From NCBI GenBank assembly GCA_016432345.1, contig CP066685.1, positions 695,740 to 759,739 of the forward strand: 64,000 nt of DNA, written 5' to 3'. Shown here piece after piece: positions 27,867 to 36,527 of the stretch (the first letter of the stretch is position 1; every line of letters begins with the position of its first letter). This stretch comes from Candidatus Levyibacteriota bacterium. Its GTDB lineage: Bacteria; Patescibacteriota; Microgenomatia; Levybacterales; UBA12049. The notes under the pieces were generated by a model, which was not told where the DNA came from, ran no database searches, and saw only the letters and a program-made list of their open reading frames with translations. A program made the position numbers and the translations under genes.

Positions 27867-27871
27867 TATTT

Positions 27872-28630
27872 ATGACAAATAAAACAATTATTATAACAGG
27901 ACCATGCGCTGCCGAATCGGAAGAACAAATTCTTCTATCGGCAAAAGAAGCAAAAAAAAGGCAGGTTGACTTTTTACGGGTTAGTTTGTGGAAACCCCGC
28001 ACCAAACCCGGCTTTGACGGTTTAGGAGAAAAAGGTATCGAGCTTTTGGTAAAAGTGGCAAAAATGGGCGTAAATCCAGCTACCGAAGTTATTATTCCAT
28101 CCCATGCAGAAAAAGTTATAGACACTGTTTTAACAGCTGTACCAACCGCAAAGGTACTTCTCTGGATTGGAGCTCGAAACCAAAATCATTATATTCAGCA
28201 AGAAATTGCCCGAGCTATGGGAAACGAAAAAAGAGCATACTTAATGGTCAAAAATCAACCCTGGCCAAGCTTAGAACATTGGGAGGGAATTATTGAACAT
28301 GTACTTCATGGTGGTATTAGTAAAAACCGTCTGCTTATTTGCCATCGCGGCTTTAGTCCAAACGGACATGCAAATCCTTATGGATACCGAAATGTCCCAG
28401 ATTACGAAATGACCATGAAAATAAAAAATAAAACAAAACTTCCTGTGCTTTTTGATCCATCTCACACAGGAGGAAGTGTTGATAATGTATTTAGAATCGT
28501 CAAAGAAGCTGCAAAACATTCATTCGATGGTTTAATTATCGAAGTGCATCCAAATCCAAAAAACGCCAAAACCGATGCCAAACAACAGCTTACCTGGAAA
28601 CAATTCGATGAATTACTAAAATTAGTATGA
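27872..28630 (+). CDS. aroF: 3-deoxy-7-phosphoheptulonate (DAHP) synthase, class I-beta (KDO8PS-like), bare catalytic domain
   Basis: IITGPCAAESEEQ N-terminal motif of the Ibeta DAHPS/KDO8PS fold; roughly 250 aa; first gene of the shikimate cluster. Start set at the Met downstream of the attenuator. Confidence 0.7.
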   Translation: MTNKTIIITGPCAAESEEQILLSAKEAKKRQVDFLRVSLWKPRTKPGFDGLGEKGIELLVKVAKMGVNPATEVIIPSHAEKVIDTVLTAVPTAKVLLWIGARNQNHYIQQEIARAMGNEKRAYLMVKNQPWPSLEHWEGIIEHVLHGGISKNRLLICHRGFSPNGHANPYGYRNVPDYEMTMKIKNKTKLPVLFDPSHTGGSVDNVFRIVKEAAKHSFDGLIIEVHPNPKNAKTDAKQQLTWKQFDELLKLV

Positions 28631-29694
28631 CGCAAAAAACCTACATCATTGATACAACAGAAACAACTACTATTATTATAAATAATTATATTCTTAAAGA
28701 TATTGATTCTATTCTTAAAGAAAACAGTTATAGTATGTTTTTGCTTCTTTGTGACGATACAACAAAAAAACTTTTTATAAACAAAGTCTTAGAATCTCTA
28801 AAAAAACTTGGTAAACCCATTGAAATACATAGTCTCACTCCAGGAGAAGACAGTAAAAATACTATAAATCTTTTTCGAATTCTTGAACACATGGTTGAAA
28901 AAGGATTTGATCGAAAAAGCGCTGTTATCGCGCTTGGCGGGGGAGTTATTGGAGATATTGCGACAATCGCCGCGGGTGTATTTTTGCGGGGAATTGACTG
29001 TATTCAAATCCCAACAACACTGCTTGCCCAAGTCGATGCGGCAATTGGAGGAAAAGGCGCTGTAAATGTGCGTCATTACAAAAATATCATTGGAGTTATT
29101 AAACAACCCTCTTTTATTCTTATCGATCCAATGCTTTTAACAAAACTGCCAGAAAAACAATACAAGTCAGGAATAGGGGAAGTTTTAAAATATGCAATTG
29201 CCATGGATAAAAAACTTTTTGAACTTTTAGAAAAACAAACAAAACATACATCACTTCTTCCAATTATTAATCGCTGTGTTGAGCTGAAAACGAACATCGT
29301 GCAAAAAGACCCACATGAAAAAAGTGGAAAAAGGCAACAGCTAAATTTTGGCCATACCTTGGGGCACGCCATTGAACTCTATGCGCATCTTTCTCATGGA
29401 GAAGCAATTAGTATTGGCATGACTTTTGCAATTATTGTTAGCGAAAAATTAAATATGCTTAAAAAAGAGGACGCAAAAAAATCAATTGAACTTTTAAAAG
29501 TTTACAAACTTCCTACAACTATTTCAAAAAAATCAATTGCCAAAGACACAATTTATACACAAATGAAAAAAGACAAAAAAGCAATAGACGGCATGCCAAC
29601 TTTTGTACTCCTTGAAGGCATAGGAAAAACAAAATCTGGCTGCCATGTCCAAAGAGATATTATTGAGCAGACTTTAGACGAGATATTGATATGA
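28627..29694 (+). CDS. aroB: 3-dehydroquinate synthase
   Basis: LGGGVIGDIATIAAGVFLRGIDCIQIPTTLLAQVDAAIGGKGAVN NAD- and metal-binding motifs. Confidence 0.85.
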   Translation: MTQKTYIIDTTETTTIIINNYILKDIDSILKENSYSMFLLLCDDTTKKLFINKVLESLKKLGKPIEIHSLTPGEDSKNTINLFRILEHMVEKGFDRKSAVIALGGGVIGDIATIAAGVFLRGIDCIQIPTTLLAQVDAAIGGKGAVNVRHYKNIIGVIKQPSFILIDPMLLTKLPEKQYKSGIGEVLKYAIAMDKKLFELLEKQTKHTSLLPIINRCVELKTNIVQKDPHEKSGKRQQLNFGHTLGHAIELYAHLSHGEAISIGMTFAIIVSEKLNMLKKEDAKKSIELLKVYKLPTTISKKSIAKDTIYTQMKKDKKAIDGMPTFVLLEGIGKTKSGCHVQRDIIEQTLDEILI

Positions 29695-30125
29695 AAATTT
29701 TAGTTCTTAACGGGCCAAATCTTAATATCTTGGGAAAACGAAAAAAAGAGTTTTATGGAATATCTACACTTGATAATATCAATATCATTCTAAAAGACGC
29801 TGCAAAAAAATATGACTGCCAACTTTTATTTTTTCAATCAAATCATGAAGGAAGACTTATTGATTTTATTCAAAAACACGCAAAAAGCGCAGATGGCATA
29901 CTGATAAATCCTGGAGCGCTGACTCATTATGGGTATTCACTTCACGATGCACTAGTTGATACAAAATTACCAATTGTCGAAGTGCACCTTTCTGACATCA
30001 CAAAACGGGAAGACTTTAGAAAAATAGATGTATTTGATGGAATTGTAATTGAAAGAGTAATGGGAAAAAAAGAAAAAAGTTACGAAGAAGGACTGGAAAA
30101 ACTAATTAAACATATTAAAAAATGA
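29691..30125 (+). CDS. aroQ: 3-dehydroquinate dehydratase, type II
   Basis: ILVLNGPNLNxLGxR...HEGxLID type II DHQase signature; 144 aa. Confidence 0.85.
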   Translation: MKILVLNGPNLNILGKRKKEFYGISTLDNINIILKDAAKKYDCQLLFFQSNHEGRLIDFIQKHAKSADGILINPGALTHYGYSLHDALVDTKLPIVEVHLSDITKREDFRKIDVFDGIVIERVMGKKEKSYEEGLEKLIKHIKK

Positions 30126-31279
30126 ATATTAAGATCTATCCATCTAAAATATCAGGAGTCATAAATGCGCCGCCATCCAAAAGTATAACACACCGAGCTA
30201 TTATTGCCGCTGCTTTAGCGCATGGAACCTCTGTAATAAAAAACGTGCTTTTTTCCGATGACACAAAATACACAATTCATGCGCTACAACAACTAGGTGT
30301 AGAAATAGAACAAAACAAAACAACACTAACTATTTATGGAACTGGTGGAAAACTTATTGCTCCCAAAAAACCGCTATATGTAGGCAACTCCGGGTCAACA
30401 CTTCGCATGATCACTGCTATTGCGTCATTAGCAAAAGGTGAAACAATAATTACAGGAGAAAAACGACTGCAAAAACGCCCCATCCAAGATCTTCTTGACG
30501 CGTTAAAACAAATCAATACAAGTATAATTACAATTGATGGATCGAAAAGCTCACAGTATATTACCGCACTGCTGCTTATTGCTCCATTTGCAAAAAACAC
30601 TTTGGAAATTATTATTAAAGGGGATCTTCGTTCAAAACCATATGTTCTATTAACTCTTGATGTAATGAAATCATTCGGCGTTTCTTTCCACCTTAGAGGT
30701 GGAAACCTATTGACACCTTTGGAAAAAAACCAAAAATATAAAGGTAGAAAATATACGGTTGAAGGAGATTTTTCCTCTGCGGCATACTTTTTTGCAGCGG
30801 CCGCAATAACAAAAGGCAAAATAACAGTAAAAAATCTTAATAAGAATTCTGCGCAGGGAGACAAGAATTTTCTTAACCTCCTGCAAAAAATAGGAAGCAC
30901 TGTTGATATGAATGATTATCCTGATATTGTTCAAACACTGGCTGTTGTTGCTGCCTTTACCAAAGGAAAAACCACTATTACAAATATAAATCATTTAAAA
31001 GACAAAGAAACAAATCGTATTTCTGCGACTGCAAAGGAGCTTAGGAAAATGGGAATTGCAGTAAAAGCAACAAATGACAAACTCATTATACAGGGGGGAA
31101 TACCAAAAGGAGCAGTAATTAACACATATAACGATCACAGAATGGCCATGAGTTTTGCTGTTGCTGGTCTTGCCGCAATGGGTGAAACGATTATTCAAAA
31201 TGCAGAAGTAGTTAACAAATCGTATCCCAATTTTTGGAAAGATTTGCAAAATCTTGGAGCAAAAATAGAAGTTATATGA
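30122..31279 (+). CDS. aroA: 3-phosphoshikimate 1-carboxyvinyltransferase (EPSP synthase)
   Basis: PPSKSITHRAIIAAALA N-terminal motif, VEGDFSSAAYFFAAAAI; 385 aa. Confidence 0.85.
   Translation: MNIKIYPSKISGVINAPPSKSITHRAIIAAALAHGTSVIKNVLFSDDTKYTIHALQQLGVEIEQNKTTLTIYGTGGKLIAPKKPLYVGNSGSTLRMITAIASLAKGETIITGEKRLQKRPIQDLLDALKQINTSIITIDGSKSSQYITALLLIAPFAKNTLEIIIKGDLRSKPYVLLTLDVMKSFGVSFHLRGGNLLTPLEKNQKYKGRKYTVEGDFSSAAYFFAAAAITKGKITVKNLNKNSAQGDKNFLNLLQKIGSTVDMNDYPDIVQTLAVVAAFTKGKTTITNINHLKDKETNRISATAKELRKMGIAVKATNDKLIIQGGIPKGAVINTYNDHRMAMSFAVAGLAAMGETIIQNAEVVNKSYPNFWKDLQNLGAKIEVI
30684..30722 (+). repeat. REP-like hairpin copy inside the aroA coding sequence (TTCCACCTTAGAGGTGGAA plus CTATTGACACCTT)
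   Basis: A 37-39-nt near-identical match to the left flank of the Y1 transposase gene at 39614-39653; encodes FHLRGGNLLTPLE in frame. Confidence 0.7.
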
Positions 31280-31779
31280 ACATTGTTTTAATTGGTATGA
31301 GGGGAGCTGGTAAAACAACTGTGGCAAAACTGTTGTCTAAAAAACTGCAAAAAGAAGTTTTGGAAACAGATGACTTTATTGCAAAAAAGGCAGGTATGAC
31401 TATTGCCGAAATTGTTTTAATGAAGGGTTGGGATTATTTTCGCGATGTTGAAACGGAAGTAATTGCCGATATTTCAAAAAAAGATAATGTAATTATTTCC
31501 TGCGGCGGGGGCGTTGTAATAAGACCAAAAAATATAGATTTGTTAAAACAAAATGGGAAAATTTTTTGGCTGCAAGTTAGTGTTGCAACGCTTCTTAACA
31601 GAATCGGACACGACCAAAACCGACCATCACTCACTGGTAAGCCGCAAAAAGAGGATATGGAAGAAACGCTAAAAAAACGATATACACTATATAAAAACGC
31701 AAGCAATGTTAGTATTGATACAGAAAAACTAACTAAAAAAGAAGTGGCGCAAAAAATAATTGATTCATTATGGAAATAA
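31276..31779 (+). CDS. aroK: Shikimate kinase
   Basis: IVLIGMRGAGKTT P-loop; 167 aa; start chosen at the ATG overlapping the aroA stop (ATGA). Confidence 0.85.
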   Translation: MNIVLIGMRGAGKTTVAKLLSKKLQKEVLETDDFIAKKAGMTIAEIVLMKGWDYFRDVETEVIADISKKDNVIISCGGGVVIRPKNIDLLKQNGKIFWLQVSVATLLNRIGHDQNRPSLTGKPQKEDMEETLKKRYTLYKNASNVSIDTEKLTKKEVAQKIIDSLWK

Positions 31780-32546
31780 ATTCACAAACACAACTTTGCT
31801 GCATTATCGGTAATCCAGTAGAACATTCTCTTTCGCCAACAATTCATAATGCAGCTTATGATAATTTAGGACTAAATTTTGTTTACCTGTCATTTCGGGT
31901 AACTGATGTAAAAAATGCCATTGCGGGAATTAGAGCCCTCGGAATAAAAGGAATAAGTATTACAATTCCTCATAAAATCACTGTTATGCCGCTACTTGAT
32001 GAAATTGATAAATCAGCAAAAGAAATTGGCGCAGTGAATACTATTATAAACAACAACGGAAAACTAAAAGGTTTTAATACCGATTATAAAGGCGCCATAC
32101 GAGCTCTTGAAGAAAAAACAACGCTTACCGGAAAACACGTTGTATTACTCGGTAAAGGTGGAGCAGGAAAAGCAATTGCCTTTGGGCTTAAAGAAAAAAA
32201 TGCATCAGTCTTTATCGTTAACAGAGCAATAGAAAAGACAAAAGTTTTAGCAGAAATTAAGAAAGCAGATATACTAATCAATGCCACGCCTATTGGCATG
32301 CATCCAAAAACAGAAGAATCGTTAATACCCAAAAAATATCTTCATAAAAACCTGATTGTTTTCGATATTGTCTATAACCCAAAAGAAACAAAATTACTAA
32401 AATATGCAAAAGAAGCTGGATGTGCAATTGTCTATGGTTATAAAATGCTCTTATACCAGGCAGTATCGCAGTTTGAGCTTTTTACCAATCACAAAGCGCC
32501 AGTTGCTATAATGGAGGAGGCTTTATTATTATGCTTAAATTCTTAA
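31770..32546 (+). CDS. aroE: Shikimate dehydrogenase
   Basis: GNPVEHSLSPTIHNAAY substrate-binding motif; GKGGAGKA Rossmann motif. Confidence 0.85.
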   Translation: MEINSQTQLCCIIGNPVEHSLSPTIHNAAYDNLGLNFVYLSFRVTDVKNAIAGIRALGIKGISITIPHKITVMPLLDEIDKSAKEIGAVNTIINNNGKLKGFNTDYKGAIRALEEKTTLTGKHVVLLGKGGAGKAIAFGLKEKNASVFIVNRAIEKTKVLAEIKKADILINATPIGMHPKTEESLIPKKYLHKNLIVFDIVYNPKETKLLKYAKEAGCAIVYGYKMLLYQAVSQFELFTNHKAPVAIMEEALLLCLNS

Positions 32547-33658
32547 CAGCAGGCGAATCACACGGTAAAGCAGAAATTGCTATTTTAGAAGGCATGCCGG
32601 CCGGTCTTTTCATTTCCCATGAAGACATAAATCGCGAATTAAAAAAGCGCATGCATGACTACGGACGAGGAGGACGGGCAGAAATAGAAACTGACGAGGC
32701 GAAAATTCTCTCCGGAGTTAGACAGGGAAAAACCATCGGCAGCCCAATTGCCTTGCTTGTAGAAAACAAAGACCAGGCTAAATGGGAAGATAAAATAACC
32801 AAACCCCGTCCAGGACACGCAGATTTAGCGGGAAGTTTAAAATACGGCTTTGATGATGTCCGAAATGTTTTGGAAAGAGCATCGGCTCGAGAAACAGTGA
32901 TGCGGGTGGCAGTTGGCGCTGTTTGTAAAAAGTTTTTATCTGAATTTGGCATAGAAATTGCCAGTCATACAATTCGTATCGGCAAAATTGCCATTACAAA
33001 AACTGATTATTCATTTGATGAAATAAAAGATATTTATATAAAAGATCCCGATGTCCATTGTATTGACAAAAACACTCAAGAAAAAATGAAACAAGAAATA
33101 ACAAATGCTCGTCTTAACAAAGATACCTTGGGAGGAATTGTAGAAATTATTGCTCATAATGTTCCAGTAGGTCTTGGCAGTTATGTTCATTTTGACAAAA
33201 GACTTGATGCCAACATTGCACAAGCTTTAATGAGTGTACCATCGGTAAAAGCTGTAGAAATCGGCAATGGCATCGAAGCATCTGGCAAAACAGGAAAAGA
33301 AATACAAGATGCAATTACTGTTTCTAATAATTCTATACAACGAAAAACCAATAATATGGGAGGCATTGAAGGCGGCATGAGCAATGGAGAAGATATTGTC
33401 TGTCGAGTCTACCATAAACCTCTTTCGACAATTTATGATCCTCTCCCAACTGTTGATATAAAAACAAAAGAAAAAACTGTTGCAGCTATTGAAAGATCGG
33501 ATGTATGCGTGGCGCCTCGCGCTGGGGTTGTATCAGAAAGCATGATTGCATATACACTTGCTCAAGCAATGTTAGAAAAATTTGGCGGAGATTCATTACA
33601 AGAAACAAAAAGAAATTTTGACGCATACATTAAATTACTGCCGATTAAACGCGTATGA
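32531..33658 (+). CDS. aroC: Chorismate synthase
   Basis: FLTAGESHG N-terminus, GGRxSARETxxRVAxGA motif; 375 aa. Confidence 0.9.
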   Translation: MLKFLTAGESHGKAEIAILEGMPAGLFISHEDINRELKKRMHDYGRGGRAEIETDEAKILSGVRQGKTIGSPIALLVENKDQAKWEDKITKPRPGHADLAGSLKYGFDDVRNVLERASARETVMRVAVGAVCKKFLSEFGIEIASHTIRIGKIAITKTDYSFDEIKDIYIKDPDVHCIDKNTQEKMKQEITNARLNKDTLGGIVEIIAHNVPVGLGSYVHFDKRLDANIAQALMSVPSVKAVEIGNGIEASGKTGKEIQDAITVSNNSIQRKTNNMGGIEGGMSNGEDIVCRVYHKPLSTIYDPLPTVDIKTKEKTVAAIERSDVCVAPRAGVVSESMIAYTLAQAMLEKFGGDSLQETKRNFDAYIKLLPIKRV

Positions 33659-35328
33659 AAAATAATCAACCATTAATTGGCATTATTGGCGGAACTGGAA
33701 AAATGGGGCAGTGGTTCACCCAGTTTTTCCAGGATCATGAGCTATTGGTACTCACTGCTTCGAGAAAAACAGCTCTTTCGATAGAATCTCTTGCCAAAAA
33801 AGCAAACATCATTATAGTTTCTGTTCCCATCTCCGAAACGCAAAAAACACTTAAAAAAATTATTCCGCATATATCAAAAGACAAACTTCTAACAGACTTA
33901 ACATCATTCAAAGTAATGCCCATGGAAACAATGAAAGAGGCAGAATCTGGAACGTTAGGCATGCATCCGCTTTTTGGACCAAGCGCAACGCTTGATCAAA
34001 AATTAAAAATAGTTTTTTGCAAACAAAAAAATAATTCTCATGTTACTTTTTTAGAAGATCTTTTTACAAAATCAGGCATTGAAATAATTGAAATATCTGC
34101 CGAAGAACACGACTACCAAATGGCTTACATTCAAGCATTCACCAATGCTATAAATTTACTATATGCCAAAATTATTTTTGAGCATAAAAACGTGCTAGAA
34201 AACAAACTGCATACACCTATTTTTACTTTACAATCACTTATTATGGGTAGAGTTTTAAACCAGGATATAAAATTAACCAGTGATTTACAATTATATAATC
34301 CCTATTTTTTGCCCGTACTAGAAGCATTTGTTACTCAGGCAAAAAAGTTAGAAACTATTATTGAAAAAGAAGATGAAAAAGCATTTGTCGAAATGTTTTC
34401 CGAAGAACAAGCGTTGACAAAAAATTTTGCCAGTTTTTCCACATTACAAACAAATAAGCTGCTGCTGCAAGTCAACAATGTTACAGTAACAATTCCATCT
34501 AAAATTTCGGAAATTGATTTGTCAAAAAATGCAGATGTTGCATATTTAGGACCGGAAGGAACATTTTCTCATCTGGCAGTTTTAACTGCTATGCCTCATA
34601 ATACAAAAGTTTCCTACGAAACTATATATGATATTTTTAACGCCGTACAAAATGGAGATATTAAATTAGGCATTATCCCCGCAGAAAACTCAATAGAGGG
34701 AACAGTTAAAGAAACATTAGATTATCTTATTGATTTTTCTTTAATGGTTATTGGTTCTTTCGAACTTCCTATTCATCAACAGTTTCTCTCGAAAGAAAAA
34801 AATTTAACAAATATTCACACTGTCGCATCACATCCTCAAGCCCTTGCCCAATGCAGAAACTGGATTAAAAAGCATGTGCCAAACGCCAAAACAATTTCAA
34901 CATCAAGCACTACAAACGCCTTACAAAATCCCCAAAAAGGCTACGCCTACATTGCGTCAAAACTTGCTGCAAAGCAATACCATATGTCTATCCTTGTAAA
35001 AGACATAGAAGATAACCCAAACAACAGGACAAAATTCTATATTGTAGCCAGAAAAAAAATAAAAATTGATGGCATAAGCAATAACAAAACATTGATCTTT
35101 GCTACAGTGCATAATAGAGTAGGAATCCTTCGCGACATTCTAAACGTTTTTGCAACCCATCAAATAAATTTAACAAAATTAGAATCAAGACCAAGCGGCG
35201 GCAAACATGTTTGGGACTATCACTTTTTTATTGAATTTGAAAAGAATCAAAAAAATGTTTCCCTCTCACAACTGTTTAGCGAACTTAAGCCATACTGCCC
35301 AATCATTCGAACCTTGGGAAAAACATGA
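33655..35328 (+). CDS. Fused prephenate dehydrogenase (TyrA) and prephenate dehydratase with ACT domain (PheA)
   Basis: N-terminal roughly 280 aa: NAD Rossmann IGIIGGTGKMGQWF and GMHPLFGP (TyrA). C-terminal half: AYLGPEGTFSH, GIIPAENSIEG, TKLESRP and a terminal ACT region (PDT-ACT). One uninterrupted 557-aa ORF. Confidence 0.75.
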   Translation: MKNNQPLIGIIGGTGKMGQWFTQFFQDHELLVLTASRKTALSIESLAKKANIIIVSVPISETQKTLKKIIPHISKDKLLTDLTSFKVMPMETMKEAESGTLGMHPLFGPSATLDQKLKIVFCKQKNNSHVTFLEDLFTKSGIEIIEISAEEHDYQMAYIQAFTNAINLLYAKIIFEHKNVLENKLHTPIFTLQSLIMGRVLNQDIKLTSDLQLYNPYFLPVLEAFVTQAKKLETIIEKEDEKAFVEMFSEEQALTKNFASFSTLQTNKLLLQVNNVTVTIPSKISEIDLSKNADVAYLGPEGTFSHLAVLTAMPHNTKVSYETIYDIFNAVQNGDIKLGIIPAENSIEGTVKETLDYLIDFSLMVIGSFELPIHQQFLSKEKNLTNIHTVASHPQALAQCRNWIKKHVPNAKTISTSSTTNALQNPQKGYAYIASKLAAKQYHMSILVKDIEDNPNNRTKFYIVARKKIKIDGISNNKTLIFATVHNRVGILRDILNVFATHQINLTKLESRPSGGKHVWDYHFFIEFEKNQKNVSLSQLFSELKPYCPIIRTLGKT

Positions 35329-35340
35329 TATACTAAATAT

Positions 35341-35601
35341 ATGGATCAACTAGAAATATTACGAAAAAATATAGACCAGATTGACAACGATATTTTAACT
35401 CTTTTAGTAAAACGGTTTTCTCTTGTTAAAAAAATTGGAGTGTATAAAAAAAATAATAATATGTTGATTGTAAATAAAAATAGGGAAGAAGAAAAAATAA
35501 ATGCTTTAATCAAAACTGGCAATATGTTTAACATGTCAAAAGAATTTATCCAAAATATCTGGCAAACAATTTTTGCAGAAAGTTATAAACTGGAAATATA
35601 A
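35341..35601 (+). CDS. Chorismate mutase, AroQ class, monofunctional
   Basis: 86 aa; LRKNIDQIDNDILTLLVKRFSL helix-1 signature of AroQ-type chorismate mutases. Confidence 0.75.
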   Translation: MDQLEILRKNIDQIDNDILTLLVKRFSLVKKIGVYKKNNNMLIVNKNREEEKINALIKTGNMFNMSKEFIQNIWQTIFAESYKLEI

Positions 35602-35607
35602 TATCTT

Positions 35608-36525
35608 ATGCCAACAGTATATTTTAACGGCAAATTTATTCCCGAAAACCAAGCTTTAGTACCAATCAATACTCATGCTTTGCATTATGGCACTGGCTGT
35701 TTTGAAGGAATAAGAGCTTACTATTCGGAAAAAGAAAATGCCTTATTAGTATTTCGCATGCAGGATCATTACAAAAGATTTTTGCAATCGTGTAAAATCT
35801 TAATGACAACCCCTGAAGAATCGGTTGATAAATTATGTGAGATAACAACTAAACTTATTCAAAAAAACTTTGAAAAAATTGATTTATACATTCGACCGCT
35901 GGCTTACAAAGCCGATCGGGCTGTCGGGAATTTTAATTTAAAATTCCTTAAAAACGGCTTGGCAATTTATACAATTGCCTTTGGCCGCTACCTTAACACC
36001 GACAAAGGTATTAGAGCAAACGTTAGCTCCTGGCGAAGAATTCCTGACAATGTTATTCCTGCTAGAGCCAAAATTACCGGCGGTTATGTAAATAGTTCTT
36101 TGGCCAAAACAGAAAGTTTGTTAGCCGGATATGAAGAAGCGCTATTCTTAGATAATCAAGGACACGTCATGGAAGGCACTGGAGAAAATATTTTTATTGT
36201 TAGAGACGGCATTGTTATAACCCCGCCAGAATCAGACGATATTTTAATTGGCATCACAAGACTTACCGTGATGACTCTTTTAAAAAATGATTTGGGAATC
36301 ACAGTTATTGAAAGGAGTATTGATAGAGCAGAGCTTTATCAAACCGACGAAGTTTTTGTGGTAGGAACTGCCGCAGAAGTTACGCCAGTTGTAGAAATCG
36401 ATGGAAGAATAATTAGCAACGGTAAAATTGGCAAAATAACAGCAGATGTAAAAGATTTATATTTTAAACTTGTTCATGGAGATTATCCAAAATATAGAAA
36501 ATTTATCACAAAAGTAGAGCTATAA
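35608..36525 (+). CDS. ilvE: Fold-type IV PLP aminotransferase (branched-chain amino-acid aminotransferase IlvE-like)
   Basis: HALHYGTGCFEGIRAY motif typical of BCAT; 305 aa. Lies at the end of the aromatic cluster, so it may serve both pathways. Confidence 0.65.
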   Translation: MPTVYFNGKFIPENQALVPINTHALHYGTGCFEGIRAYYSEKENALLVFRMQDHYKRFLQSCKILMTTPEESVDKLCEITTKLIQKNFEKIDLYIRPLAYKADRAVGNFNLKFLKNGLAIYTIAFGRYLNTDKGIRANVSSWRRIPDNVIPARAKITGGYVNSSLAKTESLLAGYEEALFLDNQGHVMEGTGENIFIVRDGIVITPPESDDILIGITRLTVMTLLKNDLGITVIERSIDRAELYQTDEVFVVGTAAEVTPVVEIDGRIISNGKIGKITADVKDLYFKLVHGDYPKYRKFITKVEL

Positions 36526-36527
36526 AC

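Noticed and set aside
30334-31327. Several 95-188-aa minus-strand ORFs
   Set aside because: All are antisense inside aroA/aroK, which carry clear catalytic motifs; typical AT-rich antisense ORFs.
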